A stretch of 64,000 nucleotides of DNA from assembly GCA_964530095.1 (NCBI GenBank), contig CAZHAH010000002.1:21691-85690 (forward strand). Reading direction: 5' to 3'. Made by a program: the position numbers and the translations under genes. The number at the start of each line of letters is the position of its first letter. Positions within the stretch are counted from its first letter, which is position 1. The DNA is from an uncultured Desulfobacteraceae bacterium (GTDB lineage Bacteria > Desulfobacterota > Desulfobacteria > Desulfobacterales > CAZHA01). The notes below the pieces were generated by a model. The model worked only from the letters and a program-made list of their open reading frames with translations. It made no database searches and had not been told where the DNA came from. Below are positions 1-8,246 of this stretch, one piece after another.

Positions 1-345
1 CATCAGGAAATCTTTAATCGGTGCGGCCACAAGAATGATGAACAGGGCGTAATAGGCATTTTCAATCAGCTGAGCGTCCAAAGTACGGATCAGATAGGCG
101 CCGGTGAACAACAGGATGACATACTTCAGCACCTTACGTAAAAGGCTGTAGATCTGAGGATTGATTTTGACAAATTCATACTTCTTTTCTCGCTTTTCAA
201 TGAAGCTCAAGACGCGTTTTAATATCAGCCAAAGAACAAATGCCCCGACGACAATAATACCTATTTTGATGGGGGTTTGAAGATTCGCTTTCTCACCGCC
301 CAACATTACGACGACCTGATCAAGATATCCGACCCATTTATCCAT
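1..345 (-). CDS. 5' part (115 codons) of a membrane protein gene that runs off the left edge; possibly mechanosensitive-channel-like
   Basis: Own reverse-strand translation: ATG at 345-343 with AAGGAG about 6 nt upstream. MDKWVGYLDQVVVMLGGEKANLQTPIKIGIIVVGAFVLWLILKRV... stays open to base 1 and has hydrophobic helices. Not in the ORF track because it has no stop inside the window. Confidence 0.45.
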   Translation of the reverse strand, partial: MDKWVGYLDQVVVMLGGEKANLQTPIKIGIIVVGAFVLWLILKRVLSFIEKREKKYEFVKINPQIYSLLRKVLKYVILLFTGAYLIRTLDAQLIENAYYALFIILVAAPIKDFLM

Positions 346-522
346 GCAAAACTCCTTGTCATTTTTACGACGCCATCAAACTTGTTTGACAAATAGTCTA
401 GTTTAGCCTGGAAAACAACAATTTTCTAAATTATCAGGGTAGGTTAGGTTTTAGTAAGGCCTTGACATTTTATGGGGAATCCGATATGGCGGATTCACGA
501 AATCAACTTGCATAAAGTAACC

Positions 523-565
523 GTTCACGGGTTCAGAGGTTCAGTGGTTCACCGAAAACCTGAAC
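523..565. repeat. Tandem GTTCA octamer array (GTTCA at 523, 531, 539, 547; exact 8-nt period) followed by an inverted TGAAC at 561
   Basis: Read directly: ccGTTCAcggGTTCAgagGTTCAgtgGTTCAccgaaaaccTGAAC. A related array lies at 39315-39350. Confidence 0.8.
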
Positions 566-631
566 TGTTGATTCGTGATTTCATCATTTGCTCAATGACA
601 GTCAGGCAAGGTCACCTTTAGAAAAATAACC

Positions 632-697
632 CTGAACGGTGAACGTTGAGCCCTGGTCGCCTAGGGCGCCGCCAAAGGCGGGTAAACCTGTGAACGC
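632..697. repeat. 66-nt intergenic repeat, copy 1 (TGAAC heptads plus small GC hairpins)
   Basis: ctgaacggtgaacgttgagccctggtcgcctagggcgccgccaaaggcgggtaaacctgtgaacgc. 59 of 66 positions are identical to 45681-45746 by hand alignment and the last 33 nt are identical. Contains the CCGCC-AAA-GGCGG hairpin. Confidence 0.85.
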
Positions 698-721
698 CCA
701 CAGCAAAAAAGGAGTCGGATC

Positions 722-1507
722 ATGTTTGGAATGCACGATAATCAGCTCAATCGTATAAAGTCTCGAAAGAATCATAAATGTTATGGTATGGGGCTTGGAA
801 TCATCATCTTAGATGACGTTTATCCGGGCTTTCCGGGAGATGTGCGCAATGCGAGTGCCTATCCGTTCCCTATCCAGTATGAAATTGTGGAAGGCGTCGA
901 CATCAAGAGACTAGTGTATGAAGAAGATAAATCCTCCTGTCTGAAACCGATCGAGCAAGCCGCCAAAAAATTGGAGCGTATGGGATGCCGGGCGATTGCA
1001 GCTGAGTGTGGATACTTTTCATATTTTCAAAAGGAAATTGTCGAGACTGTTGACATTCCGGTTTTCATGTCCAGCTTGCTTCAGGTCCACTGGGCCCAGC
1101 GACTCATCGGTGCAGACAAAGTGGTTGGTATTCTAGCGGCGAATAAATCGCTGTTAACGCAGAAACATCTGGAAGCTGTCGGAATCGAGCTCGATAGCAA
1201 CTATGTCATCGGCGGGGCAAAAGATGATGGGCACTGTCCGGAATTTGATCACATATGGACGGAAGCCTTGCGAACGGATCCACCGGCCATCAGCTATGAC
1301 ATCGCTGAAAAAGATTTCCTGAAAGTCGCCGTTGCCTTTTACCAACAATTCCCGAACATGGGAGCCATGGTTTTGGAATGCACCGGTTTTCCGCCCTTTG
1401 CCAGAGCGGTTCAGAGGGAAATCGATATTCCCGTTTTTAGTTGGGGAACATTATTGGACTATGCGTATTCCGTGGTCGTGCACCGAGATTATTACGGACA
1501 TGTTTGA
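722..1507 (+). CDS. Asp/Glu racemase superfamily protein (two-Cys type)
   Basis: AGGAG 8 nt before the ATG. Motifs AAECGYFSYFQ and MVLECTGFPPF. Paralogue of 33306..34058 (GIIILDDVYPGFPGDV vs GILLIDTSVPFIPGDV). Confidence 0.8.
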   Translation: MFGMHDNQLNRIKSRKNHKCYGMGLGIIILDDVYPGFPGDVRNASAYPFPIQYEIVEGVDIKRLVYEEDKSSCLKPIEQAAKKLERMGCRAIAAECGYFSYFQKEIVETVDIPVFMSSLLQVHWAQRLIGADKVVGILAANKSLLTQKHLEAVGIELDSNYVIGGAKDDGHCPEFDHIWTEALRTDPPAISYDIAEKDFLKVAVAFYQQFPNMGAMVLECTGFPPFARAVQREIDIPVFSWGTLLDYAYSVVVHRDYYGHV

Positions 1508-1597
1508 TACACCGGGCCTGAAAAACCCATTCAAAACCGGACAGGGAAGGATTCGCAGATGAACACAGATGATGGCTTAATGCAAAGAGGACTTGAG

Positions 1598-2203
1598 ATG
1601 ACCTTGCCGGAAAAAACGATTTTGGGAGTTGGGGGCAGCCCCAGAATCCATGGAAATACAGATGTGCTGTTGAAATCTATTCTCAAAGGCGTTGGCGCGA
1701 AAGATATTCCTGCCGAAAGCGTCCAGCTGCGAGAGTATTATTTTCAACCTTGTATCGGATGTGAAAAATGCCGCAAGGATAAAATCTGCACCGGTTTAAA
1801 TGACGGCATGCAGCTTCTTTATCCGCAAATCATCAAAGCCCAGGGGTTGATTCTGATTTCGCCGACCCATAACTACAACATCACCGCGTGGATGAAAGCG
1901 TTTATCGATCGTCTTTACTGTTTTTATGAATTTGATGACAATCGGCCGAGAGGCTGGTCGAGCCATTTAGCCGGCCAGAAAAGAAAAGCTGTTATTGTCG
2001 CCGTATGTGAGCAACAAGATGAAAAAGATATGGGATTTACGCTCGAAGCCATGCGCCTGCCCCTGGAAGCATTGGGCTATGAGATACTGGCAGTGTTTCC
2101 GGTATTCGGGATCTTTGACCGGGGGGCGGTCAAAAAAGAAAAAGAGACGCTGATTCGGGTATCAGAATTGGGTCGCAATCTGGCGCAAGCATTGCTTTCG
2201 TAA
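1598..2203 (+). CDS. Iron-sulfur flavoprotein / NADPH-dependent FMN reductase family
   Basis: ILGVGGSPRIHGNTD, Cys cluster CIGCEKCRKDKIC, ISPTHNYNITAWMKAFIDR. Start placed at ATG 1598 (AGAGGA upstream); the ORF opens at 1559. Confidence 0.75.
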   Translation: MTLPEKTILGVGGSPRIHGNTDVLLKSILKGVGAKDIPAESVQLREYYFQPCIGCEKCRKDKICTGLNDGMQLLYPQIIKAQGLILISPTHNYNITAWMKAFIDRLYCFYEFDDNRPRGWSSHLAGQKRKAVIVAVCEQQDEKDMGFTLEAMRLPLEALGYEILAVFPVFGIFDRGAVKKEKETLIRVSELGRNLAQALLS

Positions 2204-2399
2204 TCCATTAGGGCGTACGATTTGATGTCTACGGGTGATCCATCAGGCTGCAGCAAGCCCAATCCGGACGCTTTTTTACGGACCCGCCGCCTCTTTTTTC
2301 GTCCGTGGTGTGAAACTGACTTGGAGCTTGCGCTTGGTTGGATTCGTAACTTTTTACGAGATCATCAAGGTTAGAACAATCAGGAAAGGAGCACAATTT

Positions 2400-2897
2400 A
2401 TGACTACAAAACAGTGGGACAATCCACCGGCGATGCAGATCGACAGCGATACAAACTATCTTGCGACGATGGAGACCGACAGAGGCACGATTGAGTTGGA
2501 GCTCTATTCACAATTTGCACCTCAAACGGTCAATAATTTTGTCTTTCTGGCAGGCGAGGGTTTCTACGATGGACTAACGTTTCACCGTGTAATCAGCGAC
2601 TTCATGATTCAGGGAGGAGATCCGACCGGCACAGGGCGAGGAGGACCGGGGTACCGGTTTGAAGATGAAGTGGAGGGAAATCCGCTGAAACACGAGCAAG
2701 GTGCCATATCAATGGCCAACGCCGGACCGGATACCAACGGGAGTCAGTTTTTCATCACCCATTTGCCTCAATCGCACCTGGACGGTAAACACACCGTGTT
2801 CGTCAAGGTGATATCCGGACAAACGGTCGTAGATAGCATCCGGCAAGGGGATAAAATGGTAAAGGTTGAGATAAGCGCTTTACCTTCGAAAGAATAA
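2400..2897 (+). CDS. Peptidyl-prolyl cis-trans isomerase, cyclophilin type
   Basis: [25 protein letters not shown] and [20 protein letters not shown] 2400 follows AGGAAAGGAG. The 55 upstream codons of the track ORF have no support. Confidence 0.9.
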   Translation: MTTKQWDNPPAMQIDSDTNYLATMETDRGTIELELYSQFAPQTVNNFVFLAGEGFYDGLTFHRVISDFMIQGGDPTGTGRGGPGYRFEDEVEGNPLKHEQGAISMANAGPDTNGSQFFITHLPQSHLDGKHTVFVKVISGQTVVDSIRQGDKMVKVEISALPSKE

Positions 2898-2899
2898 AA

Positions 2900-3370
2900 A
2901 TGGCGCATATCATCGTACGGATGGCAGCCCCCAAAGATGCTGCCATTATTATCGAGTTTAATATTGCCATGGCCCGGGAAACCGAAGGAAAGGTATTGGC
3001 ATTTGATATCTTATCTGCGGGCGTGCATGCCGTAATGGAAAATCCCCAGCTGGGATTTTATCTTGTGGCTGACGCGGCAGGTGAAATTGCAGGTTGTTTA
3101 ATGGTTACGTCCGAATGGAGTGATTGGCGTAACGGCCTCTTTTGGTGGATTCAAAGTGTATATATCAAAAGAGGATTTAGGCGCCAGGGTGTTTATGCTA
3201 AAATGTTTGAATTCTTAAAGCGGAAAGCAGAACAAACACCCGAAGTGTGCGGCTTCCGATTGTATGTCGCCCAAAACAATCTGGCCGCCCATAAGACCTA
3301 TGCCTCCTTAGGGATGCATCAGACGCCGTATCAGGTCTATGAAGTATCAAAAGATCAAAGCTGTCGCTAA
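2900..3370 (+). CDS. GNAT-family N-acetyltransferase
   Basis: 156 aa with an acetyl-CoA-type loop IKRGFRRQGVYAKMF and an NNLAAHKTYASLGM tail. Family call by motif only. Confidence 0.7.
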   Translation: MAHIIVRMAAPKDAAIIIEFNIAMARETEGKVLAFDILSAGVHAVMENPQLGFYLVADAAGEIAGCLMVTSEWSDWRNGLFWWIQSVYIKRGFRRQGVYAKMFEFLKRKAEQTPEVCGFRLYVAQNNLAAHKTYASLGMHQTPYQVYEVSKDQSCR

Positions 3371-3425
3371 AAATGGAAAAGGACAAATCTCTTGAGCGAA
3401 CCGAATAAGCTAAGAGAATTTCCAT
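3335..3425. repeat. 91-nt direct repeat, copy A (last 11 codons of the GNAT gene plus 55 nt downstream)
   Basis: 86 of 91 positions identical to 4941-5031 by hand alignment. Confidence 0.9.
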
Positions 3426-3435
3426 CCACTCTTCA

Positions 3436-3669
3436 ATGGCATATAATCTACGGATCTACAATACGGCGAAGCACGTCAGATCTGCTCAGTGGCAGCCACA
3501 ATTGATCAGTCGAACGGGTTTTGAAGAATGGGAGGCTGGAGGTAGCCAGAGTTTTCTAGACCAAGCCCATCAACGATTGGAAGAAATTGTTGAAACTCAT
3601 ACCACATTAGAGCTTTCTGAAGAAAGGTTACAAGCGATTCAAGCCCGGATTGATAAATTTAAAAGATAA
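3436..3669 (+). pseudogene. 3' remnant of an MttB-family methyltransferase gene (last ~75 codons only)
   Basis: NTAKHVRSAQWQPQLISRTGFEEWEAGGSQ... aligns with HTFKHMKTVQTHPELIDRRVRVDWEADGGK... of the full mttB at 15655..17127. No upstream MttB body is present. Confidence 0.7.
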
Positions 3670-3858
3670 AACGTTACTAAATAAAAAAGAGCAAGGTGTT
3701 GAAATCCATCAGAAGTAAAAGAAGGAATGAATGGTCTTTGTCTGCGGGTTCTGCCTAAGCACTGTTGCTATAAGAATGGGAAGAATGTTTCGGTCTTTAT
3801 AACCAGTAATTTGGAAAGACCTTGCAATTCTGCGTGGATTTTAATAGTTGGATGGACT

Positions 3859-4092
3859 ATGTTTGATAAAGATAATTATAACTGCCCTTTCTGTGATAAA
3901 GATTTGTCAGCTAGAAATTTTCAACATAGACCAAGAAAAATGTTAATAGAAACTTGCCCACATTGCAATGAGAAATTGTCTTTTGATGCTTATTATGGGA
4001 TTCCTTTAAAACCAATGACTCGAAAACAGGTAGTCACTCTCCTTATAGTAATATTAATTGCTTATGGATTGTTGATATTCATAGCGAAATAA
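3859..4092 (+). CDS. Small zinc-ribbon protein with a C-terminal transmembrane helix (hypothetical)
   Basis: MFDKDNYNCPFCDKD...CPHCNEK (two CxxC pairs), then VVTLLIVILIAYGLLIFIA. Visibly AT-rich segment. Start moved to ATG 3859. Confidence 0.4.
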   Translation: MFDKDNYNCPFCDKDLSARNFQHRPRKMLIETCPHCNEKLSFDAYYGIPLKPMTRKQVVTLLIVILIAYGLLIFIAK

Positions 4093-4099
4093 AAAATTG

Positions 4100-4430
4100 T
4101 ATACACCGTGGCAGTGTGTGGAGGCTGCCATAATGATTGCCTCGAAACATCCCAACGTATTTTTAGGTATATCAGCTCACTCCCCGAAACAATTGTAGCC
4201 CGTTGATGGTCTAATTCATCAACTTGCACGCTGTGGCTTTTCTCCATTCCCGGACAAGGGCAATGTTAGCAGCACAGGGCTCATCAACGGTTAGAGCCGT
4301 CAGCCGCCTAACGGTCTTTCTTGAAGGCATTAACACTGTCACGGGTGAGGTTGAACTGGGCATCGACATCCGAGATGTATCGCTGAAAAACATGCATGAT
4401 TTGAAAAGCGCTGTCTTCACATTTCTTTAA
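4100..4430 (+). pseudogene. 3' remnant of an amidohydrolase-2-type gene with an in-frame TAG (4196-4198) and a frameshift
   Basis: Own translation: YTPWQCVEAAIMIASKHPNVFLGISAHSPKQL*PVDGLIHQL..., then in another frame ...FLEGINTV...LGIDIRDVSLKNMHDL. This is the pattern of C-terminal amidohydrolase-2 strands, and the N-terminal two thirds are absent. Confidence 0.45.
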
Positions 4431-4479
4431 GGACTCGAGCCAAAATTTGGGCCAGATCGAATAATAATGGTGACCCCAT

Positions 4480-4770
4480 TTATTGACTGATAGTATCAAG
4501 CCCAAAATTATCGAATAGCTCGTTGGCTTTGGCGATGGCCTTTGGATCGGTGATGCCCAGGTTGGTACCGAGCAACCCCAGTGTCTCAAACTCAGGTCCG
4601 CCTATACTGGGCGTTACCTGATAAGGCTCATCGAGGGCTATTGCTGTTTCTTGAATAGCGCTGAAAAGCTTACGGTTTCCTTCAGTTTCCAGTGACCACT
4701 CCCGATGCCTGACCTTCCGCGCAATTTTTTGCTTATTTTTCCTTTGGGATTTGTATTTCGCAGATATCAT
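4480..4770 (-). pseudogene. Internal fragment of an aldehyde:ferredoxin oxidoreductase (AOR) family gene
   Basis: GGPEFETLGLLGTNLGITDPKAIAKANELFDNFGLDTIS is the classic AOR mid-protein signature. It is flanked by stops with no N- or C-terminal domains. Confidence 0.6.
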
Positions 4771-4940
4771 CCCCCTTGCATATACATTTCCCGAGATTCC
4801 CTTTCAAAGCGGGCTGATAGTGTTTGCCGATTCCACTGTCCTGCTTAAAGTAACATTTCCAGGTTTCTTTACGGGACTCAGGATGAAATTGGGAACCATA
4901 TCAGTGATATCCGTTATCCACGACAACAGCACTGTATGGG

Positions 4941-5031
4941 GTTTATGAAGTATCAAAAGATTAAAACTGTCGCTAAAAATGGAAAAGGACAAATCCCTTG
5001 AGCGAACCGAATAAGCCAAGAGAATTTCCAT
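4941..5031. repeat. 91-nt direct repeat, copy B
   Basis: See copy A. Copy B abuts the truncated gene start at 5032-5176. Confidence 0.9.
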
Positions 5032-5176
5032 TAAATCCTTGGGGTGACCAGAAAAGAAAATAATGAACAAATGCACCGGCGAAAGCGAGAACGATTTTAA
5101 GGCCTAAATGAACGAGAGGCTTATCCCCTCCCAAGACGGCCACCCACTGATTCATGAATCCATGCACTTTATCCAT
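5032..5176 (-). pseudogene. 5' remnant (~48 codons) of a paralogue of the membrane protein gene at 1..345
   Basis: MDKVHGFMNQWVAVLGGDKPLVHLGLKIVLAFAGAFVHYFLF vs MDKWVGYLDQVVVMLGGEKANLQTPIKIGIIVVGAFVLWLIL. Similarity stops where repeat copy B begins. Confidence 0.5.
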
Positions 5177-5611
5177 ATTGCGCTCCTGGTGTCATTTAAC
5201 TTAGATATAGGGGAATAGGGCCATAAAGTCAAAAAAGTTTGGGCGTCGTAAAATCGTCCCGCACATTTCGGTGATCGCCCATGTTTTTCAGCGATCTGTG
5301 TTATAGAGTAGGGGACCCCCTTCCTCCGACTCTCGCCCCCCAACGCTTGGCTTTTTTCGGCTACAAAATTTTTCTGGTGGCTGCAAAAAACCGAATGGGT
5401 AGGCCAAGCGCTTTTCTAAGACGCTGAAAATTAAATCAATTTTCCGTTTTCCGGTAATATTACACCCCTAACAAAACCCCATTTTTTAAATTTGACTTTT
5501 AACATCGGTTTAATTATTCAAAACAGGGTTGCACTGTTTTTCCTGTCCTTAATAACCCAAAACATAACGGCCTGGACTTAAACTTGATCCCATTCTGGAA
5601 GGTTTAACACC

Positions 5612-7060
5612 ATGCAAGTAAACATCGCTGATGTAACCTGGGAAGCGTTTATTTACCCCAGATCTGCCAAAAGCGAAAAGACTGTTGAGGCCTACACCGA
5701 AGCCCTCTCTGTAGGGGCCCAGTTCCCGCCAATAAAAATCCAGCGGGTTTTTAACTACCCCGCTGACAATGGCAATACAAAAGCCACGTTAATCCTCGAT
5801 GGTATCCACCGCTGGTCTGCGTTTAAGGCAAAGGGGATCAAAGAGATTGCCGCCGTTGAATGGAAGAACAAGCCCCTTGATTACGAGAAAAACAAAGTGG
5901 CGCTTCTGCTCGAATCGGCAGGATGCAACCTCAGTCATGGTGATCGATTAAGCGCAAGCGATAAAAAGCGCATCGCCCGTGATATAGCGTCTACAGACCC
6001 GGAATGTATTTGGACGGAAGAAGCCCTTGCAAAAAAATTGGGGGTAATACGGCAGACCGTCAACAACTGGATTTCTGATATCAGGACTCGGCAAAAGGCT
6101 GGGCGGAATACGGTTATCCTCCGGTTGAGCCGCCTGGGTTGGCCTCAGGAGCAGATCGCAGAGATAGCGGGGGTGAGCCAGGGTAGGGTTGCTCAAATTA
6201 TTAATAATACCAATTTTGGCGGAATTAATAATTTGCTCTCCCAGGGCCGTGATATGGACTATATCGCTTCCCATTACAACATAGATCTCGCCCTGGCATG
6301 GGCTTTGCTGTTGGCGGGAAAAACAGACCAGGAAAAGTTCACTGCCCTTGGCTGGGGACTTCGAACCTGGGATCGGTGGTATTTCAATGACTGCGACCAG
6401 CGCTTCGGCGACGACTGGCCGGGCAGGATTCCGGCCCAGCTCGTTGCGCACACCCTTTTTTACTTTACCGACCCCGGAGACCTTGTTCTCGACCCGATGG
6501 CCGGCGGCGGCGTAGTCTCCGACGTTTGTCTGCTTTTTGAACGAAAATGCTTCTCCTTTGACATGGCCGTCAGAGATAACCGGCCGGAAATCCGCCATCG
6601 TTGCTGGGATACTGCTGATCTGAAATGGCCCCGGATCAAAAAACCCGATCTGATTTTTTTCGATCCCCCGTATTTTTCAAAGATGGACGTTGCATACAAA
6701 AAAATGACCGACAACACCACCTCGATCTCCTCTCTTTCCAAGGAAGACTACGAAGCCTTCCTATCTTATTTTTTTACCCTTGCGCACAAAAATGCCAAAC
6801 CTATAACCCGGCTGGCCTTCTTGAACGCCGACTGGCGGGATTTTGAATCGACACCAGCAAGAAAAGAACAGGCTGCCAACGCCATAACGATATTCGATTA
6901 TCACAGGCTGCTGTCTCAAACGGGCTGGGAAATCACCCACCGGATTGAATGCCCGCTGAGTTCCGAACGCTTCATCGGCTTTCAGGTCCGGCGGATGCAG
7001 GCAAAAAAAATATTGGGCACGGTATCCAGATCGCTTTTGATAGCAAAAAGGGGAAAATAG
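5612..7060 (+). CDS. ParB/Srx-like N-terminal domain + HTH + SAM-dependent DNA methyltransferase (DPPY type) fusion
   Basis: LILDGIHRW (DGxHR ParB-N motif), HTH-like QEQIAEIAGVSQGRVAQIINN, SAM loop VLDPMAGGGVVSD, catalytic IFFDPPYF. No restriction partner is adjacent. Ends in TAG. Confidence 0.75.
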   Translation: MQVNIADVTWEAFIYPRSAKSEKTVEAYTEALSVGAQFPPIKIQRVFNYPADNGNTKATLILDGIHRWSAFKAKGIKEIAAVEWKNKPLDYEKNKVALLLESAGCNLSHGDRLSASDKKRIARDIASTDPECIWTEEALAKKLGVIRQTVNNWISDIRTRQKAGRNTVILRLSRLGWPQEQIAEIAGVSQGRVAQIINNTNFGGINNLLSQGRDMDYIASHYNIDLALAWALLLAGKTDQEKFTALGWGLRTWDRWYFNDCDQRFGDDWPGRIPAQLVAHTLFYFTDPGDLVLDPMAGGGVVSDVCLLFERKCFSFDMAVRDNRPEIRHRCWDTADLKWPRIKKPDLIFFDPPYFSKMDVAYKKMTDNTTSISSLSKEDYEAFLSYFFTLAHKNAKPITRLAFLNADWRDFESTPARKEQAANAITIFDYHRLLSQTGWEITHRIECPLSSERFIGFQVRRMQAKKILGTVSRSLLIAKRGK

Positions 7061-7225
7061 CGGTGTCGCCTTGTAAAAAATGATGCTCCGATGCAGGTAA
7101 CAAGCACACTTCCCTCAGGATATCAGCCGGTCTCAAGACCTGAGATATGACATAGGGGGAAACCTTTATGCCATATGACGAAAAATTGAGGAAGATGGAA
7201 TAAAAATTGATCCCTGTGAAAATTT

Positions 7226-7900
7226 CTATCTGTCAGATAGACTATCTGCGATCCTACATATCAAATCAAAGGCCTCATGTATGTTGAAACTATCGAAATC
7301 AGCAGGTCTAAGCACAGGCCTCAACTGACCTTCCAGCTGCCGATCAAGCCCCCGATCAAGCCCCCGCTTATATTCTAAAGAGATGTCAACCGGAGTATTC
7401 CCCGGTACATCGAGCTTTTTTTTCACCATTATGAGGAAATCGTGATCATCAAGATCCAGCTTCATTTTACGGACAGCATGGAACAGGTCGAATAAATCCC
7501 GGATTGCAGGTTCTTTCCTGGTGAGGGCTGCCCGGACTTTTTCTGCGTATGCCTCCTGCATTTCCATTGCATGGACGGTAAAAATGAGAAGCAGAGACCG
7601 GCCACTAAAGGGATTCACAGCGATTGTGCGCGTCTCGACAGTCACCGAAGTACGAAGGAGCGGCTCACGGATGCCGATTTCAATTTTGACTTTCTCCTGC
7701 TTCTCCATCACAGCCGAAGGGTATTCAAGGTAACCGATGTATTGTCGCGATTCATTATGCCCGCTGAACGCTTTTGAAATGGCAATCCCAGGAATGACGG
7801 CAGGCAGTTGATTATAAATTTCCTTAATGGGGTCCATCTCGGAACGTATCTGATTTCCGGATATATGGCTCAGAAAAAAAATGCTTGACATGGAATTCAC
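7226..7900 (-). pseudogene. 5'-truncated AbiEii/AbiGii-family nucleotidyltransferase toxin gene
   Basis: C-terminal signature KVKIEIGIREP... and AYAEKVRAALTRKEPAIRDLFDLFH is present. The N-terminal NTase motif (GG[ST]AL ... SxDxD) is missing. Only a GTG start is available and there is no AbiEi partner. Confidence 0.55.
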
Positions 7901-7930
7901 ACAGGGCTATTCTGTCATACATAATGTTTT

Positions 7931-7953
7931 ATTGTCACGAATAGTGTGACAAT
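7931..7953. repeat. Perfect 8-bp inverted repeat ATTGTCAC-N7-GTGACAAT
   Basis: Read directly, just beyond the truncated 5' end of the AbiEii remnant. Possible former operator. Confidence 0.5.
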
Positions 7954-8246
7954 ACAGTGTTGTGGTTGCGACCCTACACTGTGATTTTCGATCCCACACG
8001 CCGCAGACCTATTATGGGGCTGCTCTTTTACCGCCTAGACGACCGATGAACTGCTGTATAAAGAGATGTAATGACTCAAAGGGAAAGATTTCCGGCTGCG
8101 TTATATACAGCAAAATCGTTTGGCGTTTGAGGCTTTGTGACAGCTTGTTGGGGGGGGTGAGCGACGCAAATATCGATCACCTCGCCTGTTTATACGGTAA
8201 ATGGACGTAGTTATGAATAACCCTATCCAACAAAAGGAGGTTTACA

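Noticed and set aside
523-565. GTTCA arrays as a CRISPR-like or minisatellite array
   Set aside because: The 8-nt period leaves no room for spacers and no cas genes are present. Kept as a repeat finding but not as CRISPR.
2235-2399. 55-codon N-terminal extension of the cyclophilin ORF (and similar extensions at 42503-42715, 58911-58976, 34059-34160)
   Set aside because: The extensions overlap upstream genes or lack family similarity. Internal starts have proper RBS spacing and match homologue N-termini.
4196-4198. In-frame TAG inside the amidohydrolase-2 remnant as a second pyrrolysine site
   Set aside because: The locus lacks the N-terminal two thirds of the family, has an additional frameshift and a second TAG, and sits among other gene fragments. 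A nonsense mutation in a decaying pseudogene is far more likely.
5948-6598. 216-aa ORF antisense to the ParB-methyltransferase gene
   Set aside because: It lies entirely inside a well-supported gene on the other strand. It has no motif and no RBS, and its Arg/Pro/Gly-rich composition is typical of antisense frames.
7884-7896. 13-nt identity CTTGACATGGAAT shared with 60478-60490 (both contain a perfect -35 hexamer)
   Set aside because: A single 13-mer coincidence is expected many times by chance in 64 kb on two strands, and the similarity does not extend.
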